DNA of 64,000 nt. Origin: an uncultured delta proteobacterium (lineage in GTDB: Bacteria > Myxococcota_A > Polyangia > Haliangiales > Haliangiaceae). Under the pieces are notes generated by a model. It ran no database searches, was not told the DNA's origin, and worked only from the letters and a program-made list of their open reading frames with translations. This document shows, one piece after another, positions 19,242 through 28,801 of this stretch. The stretch's first letter is position 1; each line of letters starts with the position of its first letter. Location: positions 3,360,001 to 3,424,000 of the forward strand of contig CAWKDB010000010.1 in the NCBI GenBank assembly GCA_963848295.1, read 5' to 3'. Both the position numbers and the translations under genes were made by a program.

Positions 19242-20266
19242 GGCAGCTCCTCGAGCCGAAACGGCTCGCTCTGGTCGTCGCGACGCTTTGGGTCGCGCTC
19301 GGAATCGCGGTTGCTCTTGCTGTGGTCGTGATCTCGTTCGGCAGAGAAGCTCGACAGGTCGAGACCGCGGGCGCGCATCGCGTGCTCGAGCACGCCGGCG
19401 TTACGCGCGAGCGCCGCGGCGGTCAGCTCGTCGTTGCCGCGCACCGCGACGTTGACGTCGTTGCCGCGCACCGCGACGGTCACGACGACGCGATCGCTGT
19501 CGTCACCGAGCACGAGGTGGAGGTGGCTGGGGTTCGCGTTGGGCTCGGGCAGCTCGCGCATCTCGCGCACCGCCGCCGCCGGTGCCGCGGCCGGCGTGGC
19601 CCGAACGTCACGCGCCGGCGCGGCCTCGACCACGACCGCGGGATGCAGCGTCGGGCTCGCGCTCGTCACGTGCGGTAGCGCCGGCTCGCCGCCTTGGTGC
19701 GCGGGCTGGTCGCGCCGATCGTGCAGCTGCTCGAGCAGATCGTGCAGCGCCTGTTCGAGTGGGGTCAGCGCGGGTGCCGCCGGTTGCGCGTCGGTCTGCG
19801 CGATCGCAGCTTGCGCGATCGCGGCGAGCTCGGTCGGCGCCGGCTCGGCGTCGCCGGGACTCGGCGCCTCGGCCTTCGCGGCTGATGGTGGCGCCGGCGG
19901 GTCGTCGGTCGCCTGCGGCGCGGCTCGTGGATCGGCGGTCGCGACGGCAGCGGTCGGGGTAGGTGTCGCGCCGTTCACGATCGCGGCGAGCGCGCGGCCG
20001 AACGAGGCGGCGATCAGCGCCGACGCCGGCGAGGTCTGCGAGATCGGGACGAGCACGATCGGCTTGGGATCGACGGTGGGTGGAGGCGGCAGCGGCGCGA
20101 TGGTCGCCTCGTCGTGCGCGGGCTCGCCGGTGTTCTTTGCCTTGCGCGCGCGTTGCGTGGCGAGGTGATCGCCGAAGCTGTCGCCGTGCTCGTCGTCGCT
20201 CGCGCGCGCGGTGCGCGGTTCGCTCGCGTCCGGCTCCTGGTGGATCGCACCGGTCGCTATTCTCAT
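19238..20266 (-). CDS. fliK: Hook-length control protein FliK-like
   Basis: Pro/Ala-rich low-complexity body with a C-terminal T3S4-like domain; upstream of flgD. Confidence 0.72.
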   Translation of the reverse strand: MRIATGAIHQEPDASEPRTARASDDEHGDSFGDHLATQRARKAKNTGEPAHDEATIAPLPPPPTVDPKPIVLVPISQTSPASALIAASFGRALAAIVNGATPTPTAAVATADPRAAPQATDDPPAPPSAAKAEAPSPGDAEPAPTELAAIAQAAIAQTDAQPAAPALTPLEQALHDLLEQLHDRRDQPAHQGGEPALPHVTSASPTLHPAVVVEAAPARDVRATPAAAPAAAVREMRELPEPNANPSHLHLVLGDDSDRVVVTVAVRGNDVNVAVRGNDELTAAALARNAGVLEHAMRARGLDLSSFSAERDHDHSKSNRDSERDPKRRDDQSEPFRLEELP

Positions 20267-20697
20267 CGGCGGCTCCCGGCCATGTCGTCATGCGAGCGTT
20301 GCTCGTCGCGGTTATCGCGGTCGGCGCGATCGCGATCGACGAGATCGATCACGCGTTCGGCCGACTTGAGCTGGCGAGTCCGTTCGCGCAGCTTCGAGGC
20401 CGCCTCGGCGACGTGGGCGTCGGCGTCGGCGTGGCTGCGCTGCGCGTCGGCGATCGCCCGGTGATGCGACGTGATGTGCTCGGCGACCCACGACAGGTCG
20501 TGAACGGTGCGAGCCGACGCGAGCGCGGCGGGAGCGGTGTCGAGATACGCGCTGAGCCGATCGTGCTCGCTCGCGAGCTCCTCGGCGGCGCGTTCGCGCT
20601 CGGTGGCGGCGGCGCTGTGGTCGGCGGCGGCGGCATCGCGCATCCGCTCGCGCGCATCGCGGACCGCACGGGCGACGCGACGGTTGATCGTCATCAT
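20263..20697 (-). CDS. FliJ-like export protein
   Basis: 144-aa coiled coil immediately after fliI, ending in REQ..DD-like RDEQRSHDD. Confidence 0.7.
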   Translation of the reverse strand: MMTINRRVARAVRDARERMRDAAAADHSAAATERERAAEELASEHDRLSAYLDTAPAALASARTVHDLSWVAEHITSHHRAIADAQRSHADADAHVAEAASKLRERTRQLKSAERVIDLVDRDRADRDNRDEQRSHDDMAGSRR

Positions 20698-21995
20698 GAA
20701 AGCTCCTCGCCGATCGCGCCCGCGAGGCCGCGAACCGTCTCGTCGTAGGTCGCCGGCTCGTAAGGGGCTTGCCGCGCCCAGGCGTCGACCCGATCACCGA
20801 TCGCGAGCGCGAGGTCGAGCGCGGGGCTCGCTCCGGCGGTATACGCGCCGAGCGCTTGGAGCTCGACCGCTTGGCGACGGCGCGACAGATGCTCGCGCGT
20901 CTTGCCGGCGAGCCGGGTCATCGCCGGTTTCGCGACCCGGCGCGCGACGCGCGACGCGCTTGCGAGCACGTCGACCGCGGGAAACTGGCCGCGGCCCGCG
21001 AGGTCGCGAGACAGCACGATGTGAGCGTCGAGCAGCGAGCGCGCCGCGTCGGCGACCGGGTCGCTGAGGTCGTCGCCCTCGACGAGCACGGTGTAGAACG
21101 CGGTGATCGAGCCACCGGCCGCGCGCGGCGAGACCCGCTCGAGCAGGCGGGGCAGCGTCGCGAACACGCTCGGCGGATAGCCCTTCGTCGCGGGCGGCTC
21201 GCCGAGGGCGAGGCCGAGCTCGCGCAGCGCCATCGCAAACCGGGTCAGCGAATCGAGCACGAGCAACACGTTCTTGCCGCGATCGCGGAAATACTCGGCG
21301 ATCGCGCTCGCGGCGAGCGCGCCGCGGATGCGTTCGAGCGGCGAGCGATCGGCGGTCGCCGCGACCATCACCATCTTGTCGCGGCGCGAGCTCGACAACA
21401 GCTCGCGGACCTCGCGGCCGCGTTCGCCGACGAGCCCGACCACGATGACATCGGCATCGGCTTGGCTCGCGATCTGTTCCACGAGCACGCTCTTGCCGCA
21501 GCCGGCGCCGGCGAAGATGCCGACGCGCTGGCCGCGACCGCACGTCAACAGGCCGTCGATGACGCGTACGCCCGTGTCGAACCGAGTCTCGACCTCGCCG
21601 CGTTGATCGACCGGCAGTGCGAGGCCGTCGAGCGCGATGCGATGCGCGCAGCGTGGCGCCGGCTTGCCATCGAGCGGGACGCCGAACGGATCGACGAGCC
21701 GGCCGATCAGCGCATCGCCGACCGGGATCGTGGCGAGCGCTCCTCTCGCCCGAGCCGCGGCGCCCGGCGCGATCCGGCGCGACGCGGTCAGCGGCAGCGC
21801 GAGCAAGCCATCGCCGCGAAACCCGACGACCTCGCACGGCACCGGTCCACCGGTCGCGTCGATCTCGAGCACGTTGCCGATCTCGACGCCGGTCATCTCG
21901 ACCTTCACGATCGTGCCGGCGACCTCGACGACCCGGCCGAGTGGGCGCGGCGTCGACCAGCCGGTCACGAGCGTGCGCATGGTCTCGGCGATCAT
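20694..21995 (-). CDS. fliI: Flagellar export ATPase FliI
   Basis: GQRVGIFAGAGCGKS, GERGREV, DSLTRFAMA and GEPPATKGYPPS. Start trimmed to MIAET. Confidence 0.95.
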   Translation of the reverse strand: MIAETMRTLVTGWSTPRPLGRVVEVAGTIVKVEMTGVEIGNVLEIDATGGPVPCEVVGFRGDGLLALPLTASRRIAPGAAARARGALATIPVGDALIGRLVDPFGVPLDGKPAPRCAHRIALDGLALPVDQRGEVETRFDTGVRVIDGLLTCGRGQRVGIFAGAGCGKSVLVEQIASQADADVIVVGLVGERGREVRELLSSSRRDKMVMVAATADRSPLERIRGALAASAIAEYFRDRGKNVLLVLDSLTRFAMALRELGLALGEPPATKGYPPSVFATLPRLLERVSPRAAGGSITAFYTVLVEGDDLSDPVADAARSLLDAHIVLSRDLAGRGQFPAVDVLASASRVARRVAKPAMTRLAGKTREHLSRRRQAVELQALGAYTAGASPALDLALAIGDRVDAWARQAPYEPATYDETVRGLAGAIGEELS

Positions 21996-22609
21996 CGGTC
22001 GGCTCCATCGGCCGCGGTCGCGATCGCTTGGCGCAGCTCGGCGAGCCGCGCGGTCCAGTCGTGATCGATCTCGAGGCCGGCATTCCCGATGCGCAGCGAA
22101 TTCGCCGCGATCGCCGGGTCGGGCTCGACCGAGATCAGTGCGTCGCCCACCGCTGCGCGCAGCGCGTCGGCGTCCGCAGGGTTGCACTTCGCGATCGCAC
22201 CGGCACCATCGCCCGTGCGTTGCAGCCAACCGCGGATGACCGGCAGGAATCGATCCTTGGGCTCGAGCTCGCTATCGAGCCACGTCTCGATCACCGCGAT
22301 CGCCGCGTCGGCGATCAGCTCCGACGCCTTGCCGGTGTTCGCGCTGCGTTGGCGGTCGAGCGCTTCGATCGCCGCGGCGAGCTTCTTGCGGAGCTCTTCG
22401 GTCTCGCGCGTGCCTTGCGCGCGACCTTCTTCGATCGCGGTCGCCCGGAGCTGCTCGAGCTCGCGCAGCGTCGCGGGATCTTGGCCGAGCGCCGGGTACG
22501 GGCCCCACGGCGAGGTCGCGACCGCACCGCGTTGCGCGGGCAGCGTCGCGCCGAGCGAGCGCGTCGGCGACGCGAGCGCGGTCAGCCACGGCTGGATGTC
22601 GTCGCTCAC
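21992..22609 (-). CDS. fliH: FliH-like export ATPase regulator
   Basis: AxxxGxxxG repeats and a CNPAD motif; lies between fliG and fliI. Confidence 0.78.
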   Translation of the reverse strand: MSDDIQPWLTALASPTRSLGATLPAQRGAVATSPWGPYPALGQDPATLRELEQLRATAIEEGRAQGTRETEELRKKLAAAIEALDRQRSANTGKASELIADAAIAVIETWLDSELEPKDRFLPVIRGWLQRTGDGAGAIAKCNPADADALRAAVGDALISVEPDPAIAANSLRIGNAGLEIDHDWTARLAELRQAIATAADGADR

Positions 22610-23613
22610 TCTTCACCTCGCGCCGGCATCGTCAGCTTGCCTTCGCTCGCGAGTCGCATCGCGGCTTCGACGACCTCGCGCTGCGCGGTCTCGACCTCGG
22701 ACAGCCGCTTGGGCGCAGCCGCAGAGAGGTCGTCGCGCAACGTGCTCGCCGCGCGTTGCGACAGCGACGACAAGAAGTGGTCCTTGAGCTCGGGCGTCGC
22801 GGTCTGCAACGCGGTGACGAGGGTCTCGCTCTGGACCGCGCGCAGGAGGTTCGCCACTTCGCGCGTCGCGATCCGCGTCAAGTCATCGAACGTGAACATC
22901 GCTTCGCGGATGCGGGTCGCGGTCTGTTCGTCCTTCGCCGCGATCTCGCCGAGCAGGCTGTCGCCGGCCTCACTCGCCATCTCGTTGACGATCGACGCGC
23001 TGAACGCGAGCCCGTCGAATTCGGCGCGCGCGTCCGACGATGCCAGGCCGCCCGCGGCCTCGAGCGCGCGGACCAAGCTCTCCGACGCCTCGGCGACCGC
23101 ATGCTCCGGAATCTCTTCGAGCTCCGAGACGCGGGTCGCGAGCTCCGCCGCGATCTCTTGCGGCATGAGCGCGAGCACTTTCGCGGCGAGTCGCGCCGAC
23201 AGTTGGGTCAACACGACCGCGGCGACTTGCGGATGCTCCTCGGCGAGCAGCTGGGCGAGCGTGTTCGTCCGCGCGGTGCGCAGCAATTGCAGCGGTTCGT
23301 GGTTCGGCGCTTGGAGGCCGAGCATCTTCTGCGCGCGGTCGGTGCCGAGCGCCTTGTTCGCGAGCTTGCGCATGTAGGCGGTGCCGCCGGTCTTCGCGAG
23401 CGCGAAGGGATCGATGAGGCCGCGCTCGAGATCCTCGAGCACGCCGACGATGACCTCGCTGCCGATCTCGCCGAGGTCCTCGACTGCTTCGACGAGCACG
23501 CGGATATCTTTCTCCGCCATCTTGCCGAGGACGAGCGCGGCGGCTTCTTCGTCGAGCGACAGCAAGGCGATCGCCGCACGGCGCTGACCAGACATCGCTG
23601 CTTGGGGGTTCAC
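22606..23613 (-). CDS. fliG: Rotor protein FliG
   Basis: EHPQ, MFTF, SQRAA.TLRDDL and RLSEVE.AQ. Confidence 0.95.
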   Translation of the reverse strand: MNPQAAMSGQRRAAIALLSLDEEAAALVLGKMAEKDIRVLVEAVEDLGEIGSEVIVGVLEDLERGLIDPFALAKTGGTAYMRKLANKALGTDRAQKMLGLQAPNHEPLQLLRTARTNTLAQLLAEEHPQVAAVVLTQLSARLAAKVLALMPQEIAAELATRVSELEEIPEHAVAEASESLVRALEAAGGLASSDARAEFDGLAFSASIVNEMASEAGDSLLGEIAAKDEQTATRIREAMFTFDDLTRIATREVANLLRAVQSETLVTALQTATPELKDHFLSSLSQRAASTLRDDLSAAAPKRLSEVETAQREVVEAAMRLASEGKLTMPARGEE

Positions 23614-25217
23614 TTGGCTCCCTTGGCTGCCGGCACGGGCTCGTGGAGCCACGCGGTCAGCACGCTCGCGGCGCGCGCGGCGTCACCGCGCACCGATTGA
23701 ACGACGCGATCGTGAACCGACGAGCCCGGTGGCAGGCCGGGCGGAGGCGAATCGAGCGACGGACCCTGATCGAGCACGCGCTCGAAGGCGGCGACCGGCG
23801 CGGGCAGCGCGAGCGGCGAGCTGCCGAGCTGCGCGAGTTGCCGCTGCTTCTTGCCGCGGCGGGCGAGCACGACGACGAGCGTGATCATGACGAGCAACGC
23901 TGCGCCGCCGCCGATCGCGAGTGGAATCAGCGGCAGCTCGGCCTTGGCCGGCGGCTGGTTCGCAGCGGCCGCCTCGGCAACCGCTTCCGCATCTTCGACA
24001 AACGGAATCGAGTGCAGCTCGATCTTGTCGCCGCGCGTGTCGTCGATGCCCGCGGCCTGGCGCGCGACCGCGGTGAGCTCGGCGAGCTCCTGCTCGGTGC
24101 GCGGGACGGGCTTGCCCTTCGCGTCGGTCTTGTAATCGACCACGACCGCGACGTGCAGGCGTTGTAGCTGCGCTTCCGGCGTCAGCGTCTGCCGCACGGT
24201 GTGCGTGACCTCGTAGTTCTTCGTCTCCTGCAGCCGCCCGTTCGGCGTACCGGGGGTCGTCGTGGCACCGGGAGCGCCCGGGAGGTTGCCGCGCGAGCCG
24301 GCGATGCCGCCGACCGACGAGCCCGCGTTGCCCATCGCATCGACGCCTTCGAGCGTGCGCGACTCGCTCCGCACCGCGGTGTGGTCCTTGTCGTAGACGT
24401 CCTCGGTCTCGCTGATCTTGCGCTCGTCGACATCGGCGGTCGCGACGACCGACACCTTGCCCGGGCCGACGACGCGTTCGAGCATCGTCCGCACGCGAGT
24501 CGTCACGTCGTGCTCGAGCTGGGCCTTGTGATCGATGCCGTTCGCGTCGTTCGAGTCGAGCAGGTTGCCGTGGTTGTCGACGATCACGACCGCGTCGGGC
24601 TTGAGGCCTTCGACACTCGCCGCGACGAGCTCGCGCACGCCGCGCACTTGCGACGCGGTCAGGACCTGACCGGCATGGAGGTGCAGCGCGACCGATGCCG
24701 ACGGCGCCTCGTCTTGTTCCTTGAACACCGAGCGCCGACCGAGCGCGAGATGCACGCGCGCGCCATCGACCTGAGCGAGCGCGGTGATCGAGCGAGACAG
24801 CTCGCCTTGCAGCGCGCGACGGAAGTTGACCTGCTCGGCGAAGCTCGACTGACCGAGGTTGTTGCCATCGAACAGCTCGAAGCCTTTGCCTGCGTGGGGC
24901 AGGCCCGAGCTCGCGGCGGCGGCGCGCGCTTCGTCGGCGCGATCGTCCGGGACTTCGACCTTGCCTTCGTGGAGGCGCGCTGGGATGTTGCGGCTCTGCA
25001 GCATCGCGTACATCTCTTGCGAGTCGTCGGGCGAGGCGCCATCGGCGACCGCGACCCAGGTGTCGTTGTGGTGCGCGAGCGTCGTGTAACCGACCCAGCC
25101 GATCACGCCGAGCACGACCGCGAACGCCGCGGTCTTGCGGCGCTTGCTCTGCCGCGCCCACAGGTCGCGCAGCTGCGCGAGCATGGCGACCAGACTTTGT
25201 GGAGAGGCGTCGGCCAT
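23610..25217 (-). CDS. fliF: MS-ring protein FliF
   Basis: GFELFD...SSFAEQVNFRRALQGELSRSI, ARVHLA, NYEV; two TM segments. Confidence 0.96.
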   Translation of the reverse strand: MADASPQSLVAMLAQLRDLWARQSKRRKTAAFAVVLGVIGWVGYTTLAHHNDTWVAVADGASPDDSQEMYAMLQSRNIPARLHEGKVEVPDDRADEARAAAASSGLPHAGKGFELFDGNNLGQSSFAEQVNFRRALQGELSRSITALAQVDGARVHLALGRRSVFKEQDEAPSASVALHLHAGQVLTASQVRGVRELVAASVEGLKPDAVVIVDNHGNLLDSNDANGIDHKAQLEHDVTTRVRTMLERVVGPGKVSVVATADVDERKISETEDVYDKDHTAVRSESRTLEGVDAMGNAGSSVGGIAGSRGNLPGAPGATTTPGTPNGRLQETKNYEVTHTVRQTLTPEAQLQRLHVAVVVDYKTDAKGKPVPRTEQELAELTAVARQAAGIDDTRGDKIELHSIPFVEDAEAVAEAAAANQPPAKAELPLIPLAIGGGAALLVMITLVVVLARRGKKQRQLAQLGSSPLALPAPVAAFERVLDQGPSLDSPPPGLPPGSSVHDRVVQSVRGDAARAASVLTAWLHEPVPAAKGAK

Positions 25218-25220
25218 GGC

Positions 25221-25562
25221 TTACACCTGGGTGTTCATCAGATCGCGGTACGCTTCGAGCGCCTTGTTCTTGAGCGTCGTCGCGTAGCGCACGGCGATGT
25301 TCGCCTTCTCGGTCGCGATCATGACCTCGTGGATGCCCATCGACGGATCGCCAGCCGCGAACTTCTCGGCCGCGTCGGTCGCCTTGTGATCGAGCTCGCG
25401 CGCGTCGCTCAGCGCCTTGCCGAACGACGACGCGAGGTCCTCGGCGTTCACCTGCGGGGTCTGCTGCGTCGCGTCGGTCGTCGAGCCGGTCTTCTTCAGC
25501 TCGGTGGTCACGAGCTGGTCGAGCATCGGCGCTTGCGGCAGGTTGATCGGGGCGATCGCCAT
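25221..25562 (-). CDS. fliE: Hook-basal body protein FliE
   Basis: IHEVMIATEKA...KNKALEAYRDLMNTQV. Confidence 0.93.
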   Translation of the reverse strand: MAIAPINLPQAPMLDQLVTTELKKTGSTTDATQQTPQVNAEDLASSFGKALSDARELDHKATDAAEKFAAGDPSMGIHEVMIATEKANIAVRYATTLKNKALEAYRDLMNTQV

Positions 25563-25565
25563 GGC

Positions 25566-25991
25566 TTACTTCCCGATGCCGAGCGCGCTTTGCGCCATGT
25601 TGACCGCGGTCGACATCGACGTGATGCCGGCCTCGTAGGCGCGCGACGCGGTGATCATGTCGACCATCTCCTCGACCGGATTGATGTTGGGATACGCGAC
25701 GTAGCCCTGCGCGTTCGCTTGCGGGTGGCCGGGATCGTATTCCATGCGCGGCGGCGACGGGTCCTGCGCGATCGAGCTGACCGAGACGCCGCGCACCGAC
25801 TGCTGGAACGGCGTGCCTTGCGTGCCCGGGACGTCGACCGCCGACAACACGACATCGCGCCGCTTGTACGGTCCGCCGCCGTCGGCTTGCGTCGTCTGCG
25901 CGTTCGCGAGGTTCGACGCGGCGACGTTCATCCGGGTGCGCTCGGCCGACAAGCCGGACGCGGACACTTCCATGGCGGTGAAGAAATCCAT
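25566..25991 (-). CDS. flgC: Rod protein FlgC
   Basis: SASGLSAERTRMNVAASNLANA, YDPGHPQA..GYV.YPNIN and EMVDMITASRAYEA. Confidence 0.96.
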   Translation of the reverse strand: MDFFTAMEVSASGLSAERTRMNVAASNLANAQTTQADGGGPYKRRDVVLSAVDVPGTQGTPFQQSVRGVSVSSIAQDPSPPRMEYDPGHPQANAQGYVAYPNINPVEEMVDMITASRAYEAGITSMSTAVNMAQSALGIGK

Positions 25992-25999
25992 CGTCGACC

Positions 26000-26380
26000 T
26001 CAGGTGCCGTCCCCGGCGCAATACCGGAGCAAAGCGATGCGGCGCGAGACCAGCTCGGCCGACGTCGAGTAGCGGACGCGGTTCGCATCGATCTTCGCCA
26101 TCTCGCGCTCGAGCGAGACCGCGTTGCCGTCGGGGCTCGACAGCTTGCCGCCGTCGTCGAACGTCGTGACGTAGTCGCCGTCCTCGGCGCCGCTGTCGAT
26201 CTGGTTCGGGTTCGTGATCGCCATGCTCGTGCCGTCGGCCGCGGGCTTGCGCTCGAGGTCGAGAGGGCGATATCCAGGCGTATCGATATTCGCGATGTTG
26301 CCGGCGAGCACCGTGTGCCGCTCGCGGTGGAACGACAGCGCCGCCCCGAGCTTGTCGATGGTGGAAAAATCGGCGGGCAC
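26000..26380 (-). CDS. flgB: Rod protein FlgB
   Basis: NIANIDTPGY...D and DGNAVSLEREM. Confidence 0.94.
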   Translation of the reverse strand: MPADFSTIDKLGAALSFHRERHTVLAGNIANIDTPGYRPLDLERKPAADGTSMAITNPNQIDSGAEDGDYVTTFDDGGKLSSPDGNAVSLEREMAKIDANRVRYSTSAELVSRRIALLRYCAGDGT

Positions 26381-26392
26381 GCTCCCGGTCTC

Positions 26393-26408
26393 AGCAAGTC
26401 GCGGGCCG
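26393..26408 (-). promoter_or_regulatory. Putative sigma54 promoter of the flgB operon
   Basis: Minus strand cGGcccgcgacttGCt, 13 nt before the GTG start. Confidence 0.72.
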
Positions 26409-26460
26409 ATCGCGATCCGAAATGCTGCGCGGTGTTGCGGGATCGGCGGATCGCTGACGT

Positions 26461-26474
26461 CGGCGGGGTTGACG
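26461..26474. promoter_or_regulatory. Candidate enhancer site upstream of the flgB promoter
   Basis: CGGCG-gggt-TGACG, 53 nt upstream of the -24 GG. Confidence 0.45.
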
Positions 26475-26484
26475 GCGGGTCGCG

Positions 26485-27312
26485 GTGGTCGATTCAGCTT
26501 CCGTGGCTGACCAGATCTCGCAGGCGGTGTTCGGGCTGCTGTTCGAGAACACCTCGGAGGCGCTGTTCATCGTCGACCGCACGACCGGTCGTGTCGTGTC
26601 GGCCAATGTGCGCATGAGTGAGATGCTCGCGCGCGAGCCGAGAGAGCTCGTCGGTTCGACCGTGGAGCAGCTCCAGCACGAGGCGATGCGCGACGTGTCG
26701 CTGCCCGGCCATTACGAAGACGTCGAGCTCGCGCGCAGCGATGGCTACCCGGTGTTCGTCACGCTCAACGTCGCCCACGTCGACCATCCCGCGCACGGTG
26801 CGCTCGCGGCTTATGTCGCGCGCGACACGACCGAGCGTCGCTTGCTCGAGCAAGAGCTCCTCGCGAAACACTCGGCGCTGTTCGCGGCGTACGCCGACCT
26901 CGAACGCGCGTACGAGCAACTGCATACGACGAAGCAGGAGCTCGAGGATCGCAACCGCGAGATCGCGCTGCTGGCGTGGCGGGCCGCGGTCGGCGAGCTC
27001 GTCGCCGGGATCGCGCATCACCTCAACAACCCGGTCGGCGCGCTGTCGAGCACGCTGCGCCGGATGGCGCTCGTCGCCGCCGGCGGGCCGAAGATCGACC
27101 CGAGTCGAGCGGGGCCCGAGCTCGAACGACTGGTGGTGCGCGCCACGCAGATCGCGACGCGGATCGAGTCGAACGTGAACGCGATCGTCAAGGCGAGTCG
27201 CTCGGCCACCGCGGCCGGCTCGCAGCGCCTGGAACTGCCTCCGGAGCTGTCGTCGGTGCTGTCGACGTTCTCGGAACGACTCGACGACATCCCCACGAAG
27301 GACCCCTCGTAA
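26485..27312 (+). CDS. PAS-domain protein with HisKA/DHp region but no ATPase domain
   Basis: PAS (LFENTSEALF...ARDTTERR), coiled coil and H-box GELVAGIAHHLNNP. No N/G1/G2 boxes before the stop. Start may be the GTG at 26503. Confidence 0.8.
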   Translation: MVDSASVADQISQAVFGLLFENTSEALFIVDRTTGRVVSANVRMSEMLAREPRELVGSTVEQLQHEAMRDVSLPGHYEDVELARSDGYPVFVTLNVAHVDHPAHGALAAYVARDTTERRLLEQELLAKHSALFAAYADLERAYEQLHTTKQELEDRNREIALLAWRAAVGELVAGIAHHLNNPVGALSSTLRRMALVAAGGPKIDPSRAGPELERLVVRATQIATRIESNVNAIVKASRSATAAGSQRLELPPELSSVLSTFSERLDDIPTKDPS

Positions 27313-27325
27313 TGTTGAGCAAATC

Positions 27326-28801
27326 GTGAAGACCGCGCGGATTCTCGTCGTCGATGATGACGATCACGTTCGCGACGCACTCGTCGACGAGCTGTCGGAG
27401 CAATATCGCGTCGAAGCGGTCGGCTCGGGCGGCGAAGCATTCGACTGCCTCGCGACCAATCAGTACGACGTGATCATCTCGGATCTCAAGATGCCCGACC
27501 ACGACGGCATCGAGGTCCTCGAGTTTGCTCGCCAGCACCAGCGCGACGTCGTGCGCGTGCTGTTGACCGGATATCTCGACGAGCGCGCGCACCGCGCGCT
27601 GCTCACACCCGATGCGCCGTACAAGGTCGGCAAGCCTTGGCACGACGAGATCGAGGTCGTGGTTCGCCGCGGCCTCGAGCAACGCGATCTCGCTCGCCGG
27701 TTGTCGGCGTCGGTCGAAGACGCGCTCAGCCTCAACACGTTCGACGAGGAGCTCGCAGCTACGCGTACTCCTCTCGAGCTCAGCGAGGTCGTCGTGCGGC
27801 GCGCGCTCACCGTCGAAGGTGTCGGGGCGTGCGCGACCGTCGTGCGCGGTGACACCGGCGAGCACCCTTTCACCGGCGGCGCGGTGCCGCGCGACGGCAC
27901 CGGCTGGTACGTCGACCTACCGCTCGATGGCGAAGGCGAGCTCCGCTTGCGCGCGCGCGGCATCGGCGAGAGTGCGCGCCAGCTGCTCAGCTACATGGCG
28001 CATCGCGCTCAACGCCGCTGCGGCGTGCTCGAGGCGCGCGTGTCGTCGGTCCAGCAGCTCGTCGGGCCGGGCTCTCGCATGAACCAGTTGATGCGGCAGG
28101 CGACGCTCGGGGCGCTGACCTCGTCGCTGCTCCACGACGTGTCATCGATGATGCAGACGCTGTCGGTGGCGCTCGCCGATGTCACCGCCCTCGCCGCAGA
28201 AGGCGCGACGCCGATGTTGACCGAAGCGATCGCGGAAGCCGGTGCCGCCGGCGAGGAGGCGATCCAGCTGTTCGTCCAGATGCGCAAGTTCATCCGCGAC
28301 GGCGAGGTCGCGCTGCGGCGGGTGCGCGCGGATCGACTCGTGTCGCGGGCGGTGCGGCTCGCCGGTGGCTACGTGCGCGAACGCGCGCAGCTCCGTGTCG
28401 GCGAGCTCCCGGTCGTCGACGTTCCGGTCGCCGAGCCGCTGTTCCTGCAGGTGCTCGTGAACCTGCTGCGTAACGCCGCGAATGCGTCGCCGCGCCAAGG
28501 CATCGTCGATCTGCGCGTCAAGCACACCGAGACCGAGGTGATCTTCACCGTCGTCGACGACGGCCCGGGCGTCGCGCCCGAGATCGCCGACTACATGTTC
28601 GAGCCGTTCGCGAGCACGACTCACGGCGGCACCGGCTTGGGTCTCGCGATCTCCGCGTACGTCGTGCAGTTGCTCGGCGGCCGGATCAACTACCGGCGCG
28701 ATGCCGACCGCGGCGCTTGTTTCACGGTCTCGTTGCCGCTCACGAGCTCGGACGACACGCCGACCGGCAAGCTCGCTCGCGCGGGCACGGTCGGCGACTG
28801 A
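27326..28801 (+). CDS. Hybrid response regulator / histidine kinase (REC-HisKA-HATPase)
   Basis: ILVVDDD...ISDLKMP...KPW receiver; atypical H-box LLHDVSS; NLLRNA, DDGPG and GTGLGL boxes. Confidence 0.88.
   Translation: MKTARILVVDDDDHVRDALVDELSEQYRVEAVGSGGEAFDCLATNQYDVIISDLKMPDHDGIEVLEFARQHQRDVVRVLLTGYLDERAHRALLTPDAPYKVGKPWHDEIEVVVRRGLEQRDLARRLSASVEDALSLNTFDEELAATRTPLELSEVVVRRALTVEGVGACATVVRGDTGEHPFTGGAVPRDGTGWYVDLPLDGEGELRLRARGIGESARQLLSYMAHRAQRRCGVLEARVSSVQQLVGPGSRMNQLMRQATLGALTSSLLHDVSSMMQTLSVALADVTALAAEGATPMLTEAIAEAGAAGEEAIQLFVQMRKFIRDGEVALRRVRADRLVSRAVRLAGGYVRERAQLRVGELPVVDVPVAEPLFLQVLVNLLRNAANASPRQGIVDLRVKHTETEVIFTVVDDGPGVAPEIADYMFEPFASTTHGGTGLGLAISAYVVQLLGGRINYRRDADRGACFTVSLPLTSSDDTPTGKLARAGTVGD

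Noticed and set aside
19429..19478. 23-nt duplication in fliK (VAVRGND twice)
   Set aside because: In-frame local duplication of adjacent beta strands with no wider implication.
9897..25217. Injectisome (non-flagellar T3SS) interpretation of the export genes
   Set aside because: Rod, hook, L/P rings, FlgK/FlgL, FlhFG, FliA/FlgM and MotAB are present, and no secretin or needle genes were seen.
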